Assembly (NCBI GenBank): GCA_964016885.1
Contig: OZ024741.1
Location: 271,560,001-271,624,000 of the forward strand
Direction: 5' to 3'
Source: Eledone cirrhosa
Lineage: Eukaryota
Length of the DNA: 64,000 bases
The notes under the pieces are model-generated. The model was not told the DNA's origin. It worked only from the letters and a program-made list of their open reading frames with translations, and did not search any database. Position 1 is the stretch's first letter. Every line of letters starts with the position of its first letter. Below, piece by piece: positions 24,301 through 42,300 of this stretch. Position numbers and translations under genes: made by a program.

Positions 24301-27300
24301 CTCTTAAACTGACCACAGTATTCACATTAAACACCTCACATAAGTCACCATTCTCCTACACTGACCACAGTATATACATTAAACACCTCACATAAGTCAC
24401 CATTCTCCTACACTGACCACAGTATACACAGTAAACATTTAGCATATGTCACCATTCTCCTACACTGACCACAATATACACATTAAATACGTCACATAAG
24501 TCACCATTCTCCTACACTGTCCACAGTATATACATTAAATACCTCACCTATGTCACCATTCTCCTACACTGGCCACAATATATACATTAAACACCTCAGA
24601 TAAGTCACTATTCTCCTACACTGACCACAGTATATACATTAAAAACCTCACATAAGTCACCCTTCTCCAACACTGACCACACTATATACATTAAATACCT
24701 CACATAAGTCACCATTCTCCAACACTGACCACAGTATATACATTAAAGACCTCACATAAATCACCATTCTCCTACACTGTCCACAGTATATACATTAAAC
24801 ACCTCACATAAGTCACCCTTCTCCAACACTGTCCACAGTATATACATTAAACACCTCACATAAGTCACCCTTCTCCAACACTGACCACAGTATATACATT
24901 AAACACCTCACATAAGTCACCATTCTCCAACACTGACCACAGTATACACATTAAACACCTCACATAAGTCAGCATTCTCCTACACTGACCACAGTATACA
25001 CATTAAACACCTCACATAAGTCACCATTCTCCTACACTGACCACAGTATATACATTAAATATCTCACATAAGTCACCATTCTCCTACACTGACCACAGTA
25101 TACACATTAAACACCTCACATAAGTCACCATTCTCCTACACTGACCACAGTATATGCATTAAACACCTCACATAAGTCACCACTCTCCTACACTGACCAC
25201 ACTATTCACATTAAACACCTCACATAAGTCACCATTCTCCTACACTGACCACAGTATATGCATTAAACATCTCACATAAGTCACCATTCTCCTACACTGA
25301 CCACAGTATATACATTAAATATCTCACATAAGTCACCATTCTCCTACACTGACCACAGTATACACATTAAACACCTCACATAAGTCACCATTCTCCTACA
25401 CTGACCACAGTATATACATTAAACACCTCACATAAGTCACAATTCTCCAAAACTGACCACAGTATATACATTAAACACCTCACATAAGTCACCATTCTCC
25501 TACACTGACCACAGTATACACATTAAACACCTCCCATAAGTCACCATTCTCCTACACTGACCACAGTATACACATTAAACACCTCATATAAGTCACCATT
25601 CTTCTACACTGACCACAGTATATACATTAAATATCTCACATAAGTCACCATTCTCCTACACTGACCACAGTATACACATTAAACACCTCACATAAGTCAC
25701 CATTCTCCTACACTGACCACAGTATATACATTAAATATCTCACATAAGTCACCATTCTCATACACTGACCACAGTATACACATTAAACACCTCACATAAG
25801 TCACCATTCTCCTACACTGACCACAGTATATACATTAAATACCTCACATATGTCACCATTCTCCTACACTGACCACAGTGTATACAATAAAGACCTCACA
25901 TAATCACCATTCTCCTACACTGACCACAGTATATACATTAAACACCTCACATAAGTCACCCTTCTCCAACACTGACCACAGTATATACATTAAACACCTC
26001 ACATAAGTCACCATTCTCCTACACTGACCACAGTATACACATTAAACACCTCACATAAGTCACCCTTCTCCAACACTGACCACAGTATATACAGTATATA
26101 CATTAAACACCTCACATAAGTCACCATTCTCCTACACTGACCACAGTATACACATTAAACACCTCACATAAGTCACCATTCTCCTACACTGACCACAGTA
26201 TATACATTAAATACCTCACATATGTCACCATTCTCCTACACTGACCACAGTATATACATTAAACACCTCACATAAGTCACCATGCTCCTACACTGACCAC
26301 AATATATACATTAAACACCTCACATAAGTCACCACTCTCCTACACTGACCACAGTATATACATTAAAGACCTCACATAAGTCACCATTCTCCTACACTGA
26401 CCACAGTATATACATTAAATACCTCACATAAGTCACCCTTCTCCTACACTGACCACAGTATACACATTAAATACCTCACATAAGTCACCATTCTCCTACA
26501 CTGACCACAGTATATACATTAAACACCTCACATAAGTCACCATTCTCCTACACTGACCACAGTATATACATTAAACACCTCACATAAGTCACCACTCTCC
26601 TACACTGACCACAGTATATACATTAAACACCTCACATAAGTCACCATTCTCCTACACTGACCATAGTATATACATTAAACACCTCACATAAGTCACCACT
26701 CTCCTACACTGACCACAGTATATACATTAAACACCTCACATAAGTCACCATTCTCCAACACTGACCACAGTATGTACATTAAATACCTCACATAAGTCAC
26801 CATTCTCCTACACTGACCACAGTATATACATTAAATATCTCACATAAGTCACCATTCTCCTACACTGACCACAGTATATACATTAAATACCTCACATAAG
26901 TCACTATTCTCACACACTGACCACAGTATACACATTAAATACCTCACATATGTCACCATTCTCCTACACTGACCACAGTATGTACATTAACCACCTCACA
27001 TAAGTCACCCTTCTCCTACACTGACCACAGTATATACATTAAACACCTCACATAAGTCACCCTTCTCCTACACTGACCACAGTATACACATTAAACACCT
27101 CACATAAGTCACCATTCTCCTACACTGACCACAGTATATACATTAAACCCCTCACATAAGTCACCGTTCTCCTACACTGACCACAGTATATACATTAAAC
27201 ACCTCACATAAGTCACCATTCTCCTACACTGACCACAGTATTCACATTAAACACCTCACATAAGTCACAATTCTCCTACACTGACCACAGTATTCACATT

Positions 27301-30300
27301 AAACACCTCACATAAGTCACCATTCTCCTACACTGACCACAGTATTCACATTAAACACCTCACATAAGTCACCATTCTCCTACACTGACCATAGTATATA
27401 CATTAAATGCCTCACATAAGTCACCATTCTCCTACACTGACCACAGTATATACATTAAACACCTCACATAAGGCACCATTCTCCTACACTGACCACAGTA
27501 TACACATTAAACACCTCAATAAAGTCACCATTCTCCTACACTGACCACACTATTCACATTAAACACCTCACATAAGTCACCATTCTCCTACACTGACCAC
27601 AGTATTCACATTAAACACCTCACATAAGTCACCATTCTCCTACACTGACCACAGTATTCACATTAAACACCTCACATAAGTCACCATTCTCCTACACTGA
27701 CCACAGTATTCACATTAAACACCTCACATAAGTCACCATTCACCTACACTGACCACAGTATATACATTAAACACCTCACATAAGTCACCGTTCTCTTACA
27801 CTGACCACAGTATTCACATTAAACACCTCACATAAGACACCATTCACCTACACTGACCACAGTATACACATTAAACACCTCACATAAGTCACCGTTCTCT
27901 TACACTGACCACAGTATTCACATTAAACACCTCACATAAGTCACCATTCTCCTACACTGACCACAGTATATACATTAAACACCTCACATAAGTCACCATT
28001 CTCCTACACTGACCACAGTATACACAGTAAACATTTAGCATATGTCACCATTCTCCTACACTGACCACAATATACACATTAAATACGTCACATAAGTCAC
28101 CATTCTCCTACACTGTCCACAGTATATACATTAAATACCTCACCTAAGTCACCATTCTCCTACACTGGCCACAATATATACATTAAACACCTCAGATAAG
28201 TCACTATTCTCCTACACTGACCACAGTATATACATTAAAAACCTCACATAAGTCACCCTTCTCCAACACTGACCACACTATATACATTAAATACCTCACA
28301 TAAGTCACCATTCTCCAACACTGACCACAGTATATACATTAAAGACCTCACATAAATCACCATTCTCCTACACTGTCCACAGTATATACATTAAACACCT
28401 CACATAAGTCACCCTTCTCCAACACTGTCCACAGTATATACATTAAACACCTCACATAAGTCACCCTTCTCCAACACTGACCACAGTATATACATTAAAC
28501 ACCTCACATAAGTCACCATTCTCCAACACTGACCACTGTATACACATTAAACACCTCACATAAGTCACCATTCTCCTACACTGACCACAGTATACACATT
28601 AAACACCTCACATAAGTCACCATTCTCCTACACTGACCACAGTATATACATTAAATATCTCACATAAGTCACCATTCTCCTACACTGACCACAGTATACA
28701 CATTAAACACCTCACATAAGTCACCATTCTCCTACACTGACCACAGTATATGCATTAAACACCTCACATAAGTCACCACTCTCCTACACTGACCACACTA
28801 TTCACATTAAACACCTCACATAAGTCACCATTCTCCTACACTGACCACAGTATATGCATTAAACATCTCACATAAGTCACCATTCTCCTACACTGACCAC
28901 AGTATATACATTAAATATCTCACATAAGTCACCATTCACCTACACTGACCACAGTATACACATTAAACACCTCACATAAGTCACCATTCTCCTACACTGA
29001 CCACAGTATATACATTAAACACCTCACATAAGTCACCATTCTCCTACACTGACCACAGTATACACATTAAACACCTCACATAAGTCACCATTCTCCTACA
29101 CTGACCACAGTATACACATTAAACACCTCATATAAGTCACCATTCTTCTACACTGACCACAGTATATACATTAAATATCTCACATAAGTCACCATTCTCC
29201 TACACTGACCACAGTATACACATTAAACACCTCACATAAGTCACCATTCTCCTACACTGACCACAGTATATACATTAAATATCTCATATAAGTCACCATT
29301 CTCCTACACTGACCACAGTATACACATTAAACACCTCACATAAGTCACCATTCTCCTACACTGACCACAGTATATACATTAAATACCTCACATATGTCAC
29401 CATTCTCCTACACTGACCACAGTGTATACATTAAAGACCTCACATAATCACCATTCTCCTACACTGACCACAGTATATACATTAAACACCTCACATAAGT
29501 CACCCTTCTCCAACACTGACCACAGTATATACATTAAACACCTCATATAAGTCACCCTTCTCCTACACTGACCACAGTATACACATTAAACACCTCACAT
29601 AAGTCACCCTTCTCCTACACTGACCACAGTATATACATTAAACACCTCACATAAGTCACCCTTCTCCAACACTGACCACAGTATATACATTAAACACCTC
29701 ACATAAGTCACCATTCTCCTACACTGACCACAGTATACACATTAAACACCTCACATAAGTCACCCTTCTCCTACACTGACCACAGTATACACATTAAACA
29801 CCTCACATAAGTCACCATTCTCCTACACTGACCACAATATATACATTAAACACCTCACATAAGTCACCATTCTCCTACACTGACCACAGTATACACATTA
29901 AACACCTCACATAAGTCACCATTCTCCTACACTGACCACAGTATATACATTAAATACCTCACATATGTCACCATTCTCCTACACTGCCCACAGTATACAC
30001 ATTAAACACCTCACATAAGTCAACATTCTCCTACACTGACCACAATATATACATTAAACACCTCACATAAGTCACCACTCTCCTACACTGACCACAGTAT
30101 ATACATTAAAGACCTCACATAAGTCACCATTCTCCTACACTGACCACAGTATATACATTAAATACCTCACATAAGTCACCCTTCTCCTACACTGACCACA
30201 GTATACACATTAAATACCTCACATAAGTCACCATTCTCCTACACTGACCACAGTATATACATTAAACACCTCACATAAGTCACCATTCTCCTACACTGAC

Positions 30301-33300
30301 CACAGTATATACATTAAACACCTCACATAAGTCACCACTCTCCTACACTGACAACAGTATATACATTAAACACCTCACATAAGTCACCATTCTCCTACAC
30401 TGACCACAGTATATACATTAAACACCTCACATAAGTCACCATTCTCCAACACTGACCACAGTATGTACATTAAATACCTCACATAAGTCACCCTTCTCCT
30501 ACACTGACCACAGTATACACATTAAATACCTCACATAAGTCACCATTCTCCTACACTGACCACAGTATACACATTAAACACCTCACATAAGTCACCATTC
30601 TCCTACACTGACCACAGTATATACATTAAATATCTCACATAAGTCACCATTCTCCTACACTGACCACAGTATACACATTAAACACCTCACATAAGTCACC
30701 ATTCTCCTACACTGACCACAGTATATACATTAAATATCTCACATAAGTCACCATTCTCCTACACTGACCACAGTATACACATTAAACACCTCACATAAGT
30801 CACCATTCTCCTACACTGACCAAAGTATATACATTAAACACCTCACATAAGTCACCATTCTCCTACACTGACCACAATATATACATTAAACACCTCACAT
30901 AAGTCACCACTCTCCTACACTGACCACAGTATACACATTAAACACCTCATATAAGTCACCATTCTTCTACACTGACCACAGTATACACATTAAATACCTC
31001 ACATAAGTCACCATTCTCCTACACTGACCACAGTATATACATTAAACAACTCACATAAGTCACCATTCTCATACACTGACCACAGTATATACATTAAACA
31101 CCTCACATAAGTCACCATTCTCCTACACTGACCACAGTATATACATTAAAGACCTCACATAAGTCACCACTCTCATACACTGACCACAGTATATACATTA
31201 AACACCTCACATAAGTCACAATTCTCCAACACTGACCACAGTATATACATTAAAGACCTCACATAAGTCACCATTCTCCTACACTGACCACAGTATTCAC
31301 ATTAAACACCTCACATAAGTCACCATTCTCCTACACTGAAAACAGTATATACATTAAATACCTCACATAAGTCACCATTCTCCTACACTGACCACAGTAT
31401 ATACATTAAACACCTCACATAAGTCACCATTCTCTTACACTGACCACAGTATACACATTAAACACCTAAAATAAGTCACCATTCTCCTACACTGACCACA
31501 GTATATACATTAAACCCCTCACATAAGTCACCATTCTCCTACACTGACCACAGTATACACATTAAACACCTCACATAAGTCACCATTCTCCTACACTGAC
31601 CACAGTATATACATTAAACACCTCACATAAATCACCATTCTCCTACACTGACCACAGTATACACATTAAACACATCACATATGTCACACTTCTCCTACAC
31701 TGACCACAGTATATACATTAAACACCTCACATAAGTCACCATTCTCCAACACTGACCACAGTATACACATTAAACACCTCACATAGGTCAACATTATCTT
31801 ACACTGACAACAGTGTACACATTAAACACCTAAAATAAGTCACCATTCTCCTACACGGACCACAGTATACACATTAAACACCTCACATATGTCACCATTC
31901 TCCTACACTGACCACAGTAAACACATTAAACACCTCACATAAGTCACCATTCTCCTACACTGACCACAGTATATACATTAAACACCTCACATAAATCACC
32001 ATTCTCCTACACTGACCACAGTATACACATTAAACACCTCACATAAGTCACCATTCTCCTACACTGACCACAGTATATACATTAAATACCTCACATATGT
32101 CACCATTCTCCTACACTGACCACAGTATATACATTAAACACCTCACATAAGTCACCATGCTCCTACACTGACCACAATATATACATTAAACACCTCACAT
32201 AAGTCACCACTCTCCTACACTGACCACAGTATATACATTAAAGACCTCACATAAGTCACCATTCTCCTACACTGACCACAGTATATACATTAAATACCTC
32301 ACATAAGTCACCCTTCTCCTACACTGACCACAGTATACACATTAAATACCTCACATAAGTCACCATTCTCCTACACTGACCACAGTATATACATTAAACA
32401 CCTCACATAAGTCACCATTCTCCTACACTGACCACAGTATATACATTAAACACCTCACATAAGTCACCACTCTCCTACACTGACCACAGTATATACATTA
32501 AACACCTCACATAAGTCACCATTCTCCTACACTGACCATAGTATATACATTAAACACCTCACATAAGTCACCACTCTCCTACACTGACCACAGTATATAC
32601 ATTAAACACCTCACATAAGTCACCATTCTCCAACACTGACCACAGTATGTACATTAAATACCTCACATAAGTCACCATTCTCCTACACTGACCACAGTAT
32701 ATACATTAAATATCTCACATAAGTCACCATTCTCCTACACTGACCACAGTATATACATTAAATACCTCACATAAGTCACTATTCTCACACACTGACCACA
32801 GTATACACATTAAATACCTCACATATGTCACCATTCTCCTACACTGACCACAGTATGTACATTAACCACCTCACATAAGTCACCCTTCTCCTACACTGAC
32901 CACAGTATATACATTAAACACCTCACATAAGTCACCCTTCTCCTACACTGACCACAGTATACACATTAAACACCTCACATAAGTCACCATTCTCCTACAC
33001 TGACCACAGTATATACATTAAACCCCTCACATAAGTCACCGTTCTCCTACACTGACCACAGTATATACATTAAACACCTCACATAAGTCACCATTCTCCT
33101 ACACTGACCACAGTATTCACATTAAACACCTCACATAAGTCACAATTCTCCTACACTGACCACAGTATTCACATTAAACACCTCACATAAGTCACCATTC
33201 TCCTACACTGACCACAGTATTCACATTAAACACCTCACATAAGTCACCATTCTCCTACACTGACCATAGTATATACATTAAATGCCTCACATAAGTCACC

Positions 33301-36300
33301 ATTCTCCTACACTGACCACAGTATATACATTAAACACCTCACATAAGGCACCATTCTCCTACACTGACCACAGTATACACATTAAACACCTCAATAAAGT
33401 CACCATTCTCCTACACTGACCACACTATTCACATTAAACACCTCACATAAGTCACCATTCTCCTACACTGACCACAGTATTCACATTAAACACCTCACAT
33501 AAGTCACCATTCTCCTACACTGACCACAGTATTCACATTAAACACCTCACATAAGTCACCATTCTCCTACACTGACCACAGTATTCACATTAAACACCTC
33601 ACATAAGTCACCATTCACCTACACTGACCACAGTATATACATTAAACACCTCACATAAGTCACCGTTCTCTTACACTGACCACAGTATTCACATTAAACA
33701 CCTCACATAAGACACCATTCACCTACACTGACCACAGTATACACATTAAACACCTCACATAAGTCACCGTTCTCTTACACTGACCACAGTATTCACATTA
33801 AACACCTCACATAAGTCACCATTCTCCTACACTGACCACAGTATATACATTAAACACCTCACATAAGTCACCATTCTCCTACACTGACCACAGTATACAC
33901 AGTAAACATTTAGCATATGTCACCATTCTCCTACACTGACCACAATATACACATTAAATACGTCACATAAGTCACCATTCTCCTACACTGTCCACAGTAT
34001 ATACATTAAACACCTCAGATAAGTCACTATTCTCCTACACTGACCACAGTATATACATTAAAAACCTCACATAAGTCACCCTTCTCCAACACTGACCACA
34101 CTATATACATTAAATACCTCACATAAGTCACCATTCTCCAACACTGACCACAGTATATACATTAAAGACCTCACATAAATCACCATTCTCCTACACTGTC
34201 CACAGTATATACATTAAACACCTCACATAAGTCACCCTTCTCCAACACTGTCCACAGTATATACATTAAACACCTCACATAAGTCACCCTTCTCCAACAC
34301 TGACCACAGTATATACATTAAACACCTCACATAAGTCACCATTCTCCAACACTGACCACAGTATACACATTAAACACCTCACATAAGTCACCATTCTCCT
34401 ACACTGACCACAGTATACACATTAAACACCTCACATAAGTCACCATTCTCCTACACTGACCACAGTATATACATTAAATATCTCACATAAGTCACCATTC
34501 TCCTACACTGACCACAGTATACACATTAAACACCTCACATAAGTCACCATTCTCCTACACTGACCACAGTATATGCATTAAACACCTCACATAAGTCACC
34601 ACTCTCCTACACTGACCACACTATTCACATTAAACACCTCACATAAGTCACCATTCTCCTACACTGACCACAGTATATGCATTAAACATCTCACATAAGT
34701 CACCATTCTCCTACACTGACCACAGTATATACATTAAATATCTCACATAAGTCACCATTCACCTACACTGACCACAGTATACACATTAAACACCTCACAT
34801 AAGTCACCATTCTCCTACACTGACCACAGTATATACATTAAACACCTCACATAAGTCACCATTCTCCTACACTGACCACAGTATACACATTAAACACCTC
34901 ACATAAGTCACCATTCTCCTACACTGACCACAGTATACACATTAAACACCTCATATAAGTCACCATTCTTCTACACTGACCACAGTATATACATTAAATA
35001 TCTCACATAAGTCACCATTCTCCTACACTGACCACAGTATACACATTAAACACCTCACATAAGTCACCATTCTCCTACACTGACCACAGTATATACATTA
35101 AATATCTCATATAAGTCACCATTCTCCTACACTGACCACAGTATACACATTAAACACCTCACATAAGTCACCATTCTCCTACACTGACCACAGTATATAC
35201 ATTAAATACCTCACATATGTCACCATTCTCCTACACTGACCACAGTGTATACATTAAAGACCTCACATAATCACCATTCTCCTACACTGACCACAGTATA
35301 TACATTAAACACCTCACATAAGTCACCCTTCTCCAACACTGACCACAGTATATACATTAAACACCTCATATAAGTCACCCTTCTCCTACACTGACCACAG
35401 TATACACATTAAACACCTCACATAAGTCACCCTTCTCCTACACTGACCACAGTATATACATTAAACACCTCACATAAGTCACCCTTCTCCAACACTGACC
35501 ACAGTATATACATTAAACACCTCACATAAGTCACCATTCTCCTACACTGACCACAGTATACACATTAAACACCTCACATAAGTCACCCTTCTCCTACACT
35601 GACCACAGTATACACATTAAACACCTCACATAAGTCACCATTCTCCTACACTGACCACAATATATACATTAAACACCTCACATAAGTCACCATTCTCCTA
35701 CACTGACCACAGTATACACATTAAACACCTCACATAAGTCACCATTCTCCTACACTGACCACAGTATATACATTAAATACCTCACATATGTCACCATTCT
35801 CCTACACTGCCCACAGTATACACATTAAACACCTCACATAAGTCAACATTCTCCTACACTGACCACAATATATACATTAAACACCTCACATAAGTCACCA
35901 CTCTCCTACACTGACCACAGTATATACATTAAAGACCTCACATAAGTCACCATTCTCCTACACTGACCACAGTATATACATTAAATACCTCACATAAGTC
36001 ACCCTTCTCCTACACTGACCACAGTATACACATTAAATACCTCACATAAGTCACCATTCTCCTACACTGACCACAGTATATACATTAAACACCTCACATA
36101 AGTCACCATTCTCCTACACTGACCACAGTATATACATTAAACACCTCACATAAGTCACCACTCTCCTACACTGACAACAGTATATACATTAAACACCTCA
36201 CATAAGTCACCATTCTCCTACACTGACCACAGTATATACATTAAACACCTCACATAAGTCACCATTCTCCAACACTGACCACAGTATGTACATTAAATAC

Positions 36301-39300
36301 CTCACATAAGTCACCCTTCTCCTACACTGACCACAGTATACACATTAAATACCTCACATAAGTCACCATTCTCCTACACTGACCACAGTATACACATTAA
36401 ACACCTCACATAAGTCACCATTCTCCTACACTGACCACAGTATATACATTAAATATCTCACATAAGTCACCATTCTCCTACACTGACCACAGTATACACA
36501 TTAAACACCTCACATAAGTCACCATTCTCCTACACTGACCACAGTATATACATTAAATATCTCACATAAGTCACCATTCTCCTACACTGACCACAGTATA
36601 CACATTAAACACCTCACATAAGTCACCATTCTCCTACACTGACCAAAGTATATACATTAAACACCTCACATAAGTCACCATTCTCCTACACTGACCACAA
36701 TATATACATTAAACACCTCACATAAGTCACCACTCTCCTACACTGACCACAGTATACACATTAAACACCTCATATAAGTCACCATTCTTCTACACTGACC
36801 ACAGTATACACATTAAATACCTCACATAAGTGACCATTCTCCTACACTGACCACAGTATATACATTAAACAACTCACATAAGTCACCATTCTCATACACT
36901 GACCACAGTATATACATTAAACACCTCACATAAGTCACCATTCTCCTACACTGACCACAGTATATACATTAAAGACCTCACATAAGTCACCACTCTCATA
37001 CACTGACCACAGTATATACATTAAACACCTCACATAAGTCACAATTCTCCAACACTGACCACAGTATATACATTAAAGACCTCACATAAGTCACCATTCT
37101 CCTACACTGACCACAGTATTCACATTAAACACCTCACATAAGTCACCATTCTCCTACACTGAAAACAGTATATACATTAAATACCTCACATAAGTCACCA
37201 TTCTCCTACACTGACCACAGTATATACATTAAACACCTCACATAAGTCACCATTCTCTTACACTGACCACAGTATACACATTAAACACCTAAAATAAGTC
37301 ACCATTCTCCTACACTGACCACAGTATATACATTAAACCCCTCACATAAGTCACCATTCTCCTACACTGACCACAGTATACACATTAAACACCTCACATA
37401 AGTCACCATTCTCCTACACTGACCACAGTATATACATTAAACACCTCACATAAATCACCATTCTCCTACACTGACCACAGTATACACATTAAACACATCA
37501 CATATGTCACACTTCTCCTACACTGACCACAGTATATACATTAAACACCTCACATAAGTCACCATTCTCCAACACTGACCACAGTATACACATTAAACAC
37601 CTCACATAGGTCAACATTATCTTACACTGACAACAGTGTACACATTAAACACCTAAAATAAGTCACCATTCTCCTACACGGACCACAGTATACACATTAA
37701 ACACCTCACATATGTCACCATTCTCCTACACTGACCACAGTAAACACATTAAACACCTCACATAAGTCACCATTCTCCTACACTGACCACAGTATATACA
37801 TTAAACACCTCACATAAATCACCATTCTCCTACACTGACCACAGTATACACATTAAACACATCACATATGTCACCCTTCTCCTACACTGACCACAGTATA
37901 TACATTAAACACCTCACATAAGTCACCATTCTCCTACACTGACCACAGTATATACATTAAATACCTCACATATGTCACCATTCTCCTACACTGACCACAG
38001 TGTATACATTAAAGACCTCACATAATCACCATTCTCCTACACTGACCACAGTATATACATTAAACACCTCACATAAGTCACCCTTCTCCAACACTGACCA
38101 CAGTATATACATTAAAAACCTCACATAAGTCACCATTCTCCTACACTGACCACAGTATTCACATTAAACACCTCACATAAGTCACCATTCTCCTACACTG
38201 ACCACAGTATTCACATTAAACACCTCACATAAGTCACCATTCTCCTACACTGACCACAGTATTCACATTAAACACCTCACATAAGTCACCATTCTCCTAC
38301 ACTGACCATAGTATATACATTAAATGCCTCACATAAGTCACCATTCTCCTACACTGACCACAGTATATAGATTAAACACCTCACATAAGGCACCATTCTC
38401 CTACACTAACCACAGTATACACATTAAACACCTCAATAAAGTCACCATTCTCCTACACTGACCACACTATTCACATTAAACACCTCACATAAGTCACCAT
38501 TCTCCTACACTGACCACAGTATTCACATTAAACACCTCACATAAGTCACCATTCACCTACACTGACCACAGTATATACATTAAACACCTCACATAAGTCA
38601 CCGTTCTCTTACACTGACCACAGTATTCACATTAAACACCTCACATAAGTCACCATTCACCTACACTGACCACAGTATACACATTAAACACCTCACATAA
38701 GTCACCGTTCTCTTAAACTGACCACAGTATTCACATTAAACACCTCACATAAGTCACCATTCTCCTACACTGACCACAGTATATACATTAAACACCTCAC
38801 ATAAGTCACCATTCTCCTACACTGACCACAGTATACACAGTAAACATTTAGCATATGTCACCATTCTCCTACACTGACCACAATATACACATTAAATACG
38901 TCACATAAGTCACCATTCTCCTACACTGTCCACAGTATATACATTAAATACCTCACCTATGTCACCATTCTCCTACACTGGCCACAATATATACATTAAA
39001 CACCTCAGATAAGTCACTATTCTCCTACACTGACCACAGTATATACATTAAAAACCTCACATAAGTCACCCTTCTCCAACACTGACCACACTATATACAT
39101 TAAATACCTCACATAAGTCACCATTCTCCAACACTGACCACAGTATATACATTAAAGACCTCACATAAATCACCATTCTCCTACACTGTCCACAGTATAT
39201 ACATTAAACACCTCACATAAGTCACCCTTCTCCAACACTGTCCACAGTATATACATTAAACACCTCACATAAGTCACCCTTCTCCAACACTGACCACAGT

Positions 39301-42300
39301 ATATACATTAAACACCTCACATAAGTCACCATTCTCCAACACTGACCACAGTATACACATTAAACACCTCACATAAGTCAGCATTCTCCTACACTGACCA
39401 CAGTATACACATTAAACACCTCACATAAGTCACCATTCTCCTACACTGACCACAGTATATACATTAAATATCTCACATAAGTCACCATTCTCCTACACTG
39501 ACCACAGTATACACATTAAACACCTCACATAAGTCACCATTCTCCTACACTGACCACAGTATATGCATTAAACACCTCACATAAGTCACCACTCTCCTAC
39601 ACTGACCACACTATTCACATTAAACACCTCACATAAGTCACCATTCTCCTACACTGACCACAGTATATGCATTAAACATCTCACATAAGTCACCATTCTC
39701 CTACACTGACCACAGTATATACATTAAATATCTCACATAAGTCACCATTCTCCTACACTGACCACAGTATACACATTAAACACCTCACATAAGTCACCAT
39801 TCTCCTACACTGACCACAGTATATACATTAAACACCTCACATAAGTCACAATTCTCCAAAACTGACCACAGTATATACATTAAACACCTCACATAAGTCA
39901 CCATTCTCCTACACTGACCACAGTATACACATTAAACACCTCCCATAAGTCACCATTCTCCTACACTGACCACAGTATACACATTAAACACCTCATATAA
40001 GTCACCATTCTTCTACACTGACCACAGTATATACATTAAATATCTCACATAAGTCACCATTCTCCTACACTGACCACAGTATACACATTAAACACCTCAC
40101 ATAAGTCACCATTCTCCTACACTGACCACAGTATATACATTAAATATCTCACATAAGTCACCATTCTCATACACTGACCACAGTATACACATTAAACACC
40201 TCACATAAGTCACCATTCTCCTACACTGACCACAGTATATACATTAAATACCTCACATATGTCACCATTCTCCTACACTGACCACAGTGTATACAATAAA
40301 GACCTCACATAATCACCATTCTCCTACACTGACCACAGTATATACATTAAACACCTCACATAAGTCACCCTTCTCCAACACTGACCACAGTATATACATT
40401 AAACACCTCACATAAGTCACCATTCTCCTACACTGACCACAGTATACACATTAAACACCTCACATAAGTCACCCTTCTCCAACACTGACCACAGTATATA
40501 CAGTATATACATTAAACACCTCACATAAGTCACCATTCTCCTACACTGACCACAGTATACACATTAAACACCTCACATAAGTCACCATTCTCCTACACTG
40601 ACCACAGTATATACATTAAATACCTCACATATGTCACCATTCTCCTACACTGACCACAGTATATACATTAAACACCTCACATAAGTCACCATGCTCCTAC
40701 ACTGACCACAATATATACATTAAACACCTCACATAAGTCACCACTCTCCTACACTGACCACAGTATATACATTAAAGACCTCACATAAGTCACCATTCTC
40801 CTACACTGACCACAGTATATACATTAAATACCTCACATAAGTCACCCTTCTCCTACACTGACCACAGTATACACATTAAATACCTCACATAAGTCACCAT
40901 TCTCCTACACTGACCACAGTATATACATTAAACACCTCACATAAGTCACCATTCTCCTACACTGACCACAGTATATACATTAAACACCTCACATAAGTCA
41001 CCACTCTCCTACACTGACCACAGTATATACATTAAACACCTCACATAAGTCACCATTCTCCAACACTGACCACAGTATGTACATTAAATACCTCACATAA
41101 GTCACCCTTCTCCTACACTGACCACAGTATACACATTAAATACCTCACATAAGTCACCATTCTCCTACACTGACCACAGTATACACATTAAACACCTCAC
41201 ATAAGTCACCATTCTCCTACACTGACCACAGTATATACATTAAATATCTCACATAAGTCACCATTCTCCTACACTGACCACAGTATACACATTAAACACC
41301 TCACATAAGTCACCATTCTCCTACACTGACCACAGTATATACATTAAATATCTCACATAAGTCACCATTCTCCTACACTGACCACAGTATACACATTAAA
41401 CACCTCACATAAGTCACCATTCTCCTACACTGACCACAGTATATACATTAAACACCTCACATAAGTCACCATTCTCCTACACTGACCACAATATATACAT
41501 TAAACACCTCACATAAGTCACCACTCTCCTACACTGACCACAGTATACACATTAAACACCTCATATAAGTCACCATTCTTTTACACTGACCACAGTATAC
41601 ACATTAAATACCTCACATAAGTCACCATTCTCCTACACTGACCACAGTATATACATTAAACAACTCATATAAGTCACCATTCTCATACACTGACCACAGT
41701 ATATACATTAAACACCTCACATAAGTCACCATTCTCCTACACTGACCACAGTATATACATTAAAGACCTCACATAAGTCACCACTCTCATACACTGACCA
41801 CAGTATATACATTAAACACCTCACATAAGTCACAATTCTCCAACACTGACCACAGTATATACATTAAAGACCTCACATAAGTCACCATTCTCCTACACTG
41901 ACCACAGTATTCACATTAAACACCTCACATAAGTCACCATTCTCCTACACTGAAAACAGTATATACATTAAATACCTCACATAAGTCACCATTCTCCTAC
42001 ACTGACCACAGTATATACATTAAACACCTCACATAAGTCACCATTCTCTTACACTGACCACAGTATACACATTAAACACCTAAAATAAGTCACCATTCTC
42101 CTACACTGACCACAGTATATACATTAAACCCCTCACATAAGTCACCATTCTCCTACACTGACCACAGTATACACATTAAACACCTCACATAAGTCACCAT
42201 TCTCCTACACTGACCACAGTATATACATTAAACACCTCACATAAATCACCATTCTCCTACACTGACCACAGTATACACATTAAACACATCACATATGTCA

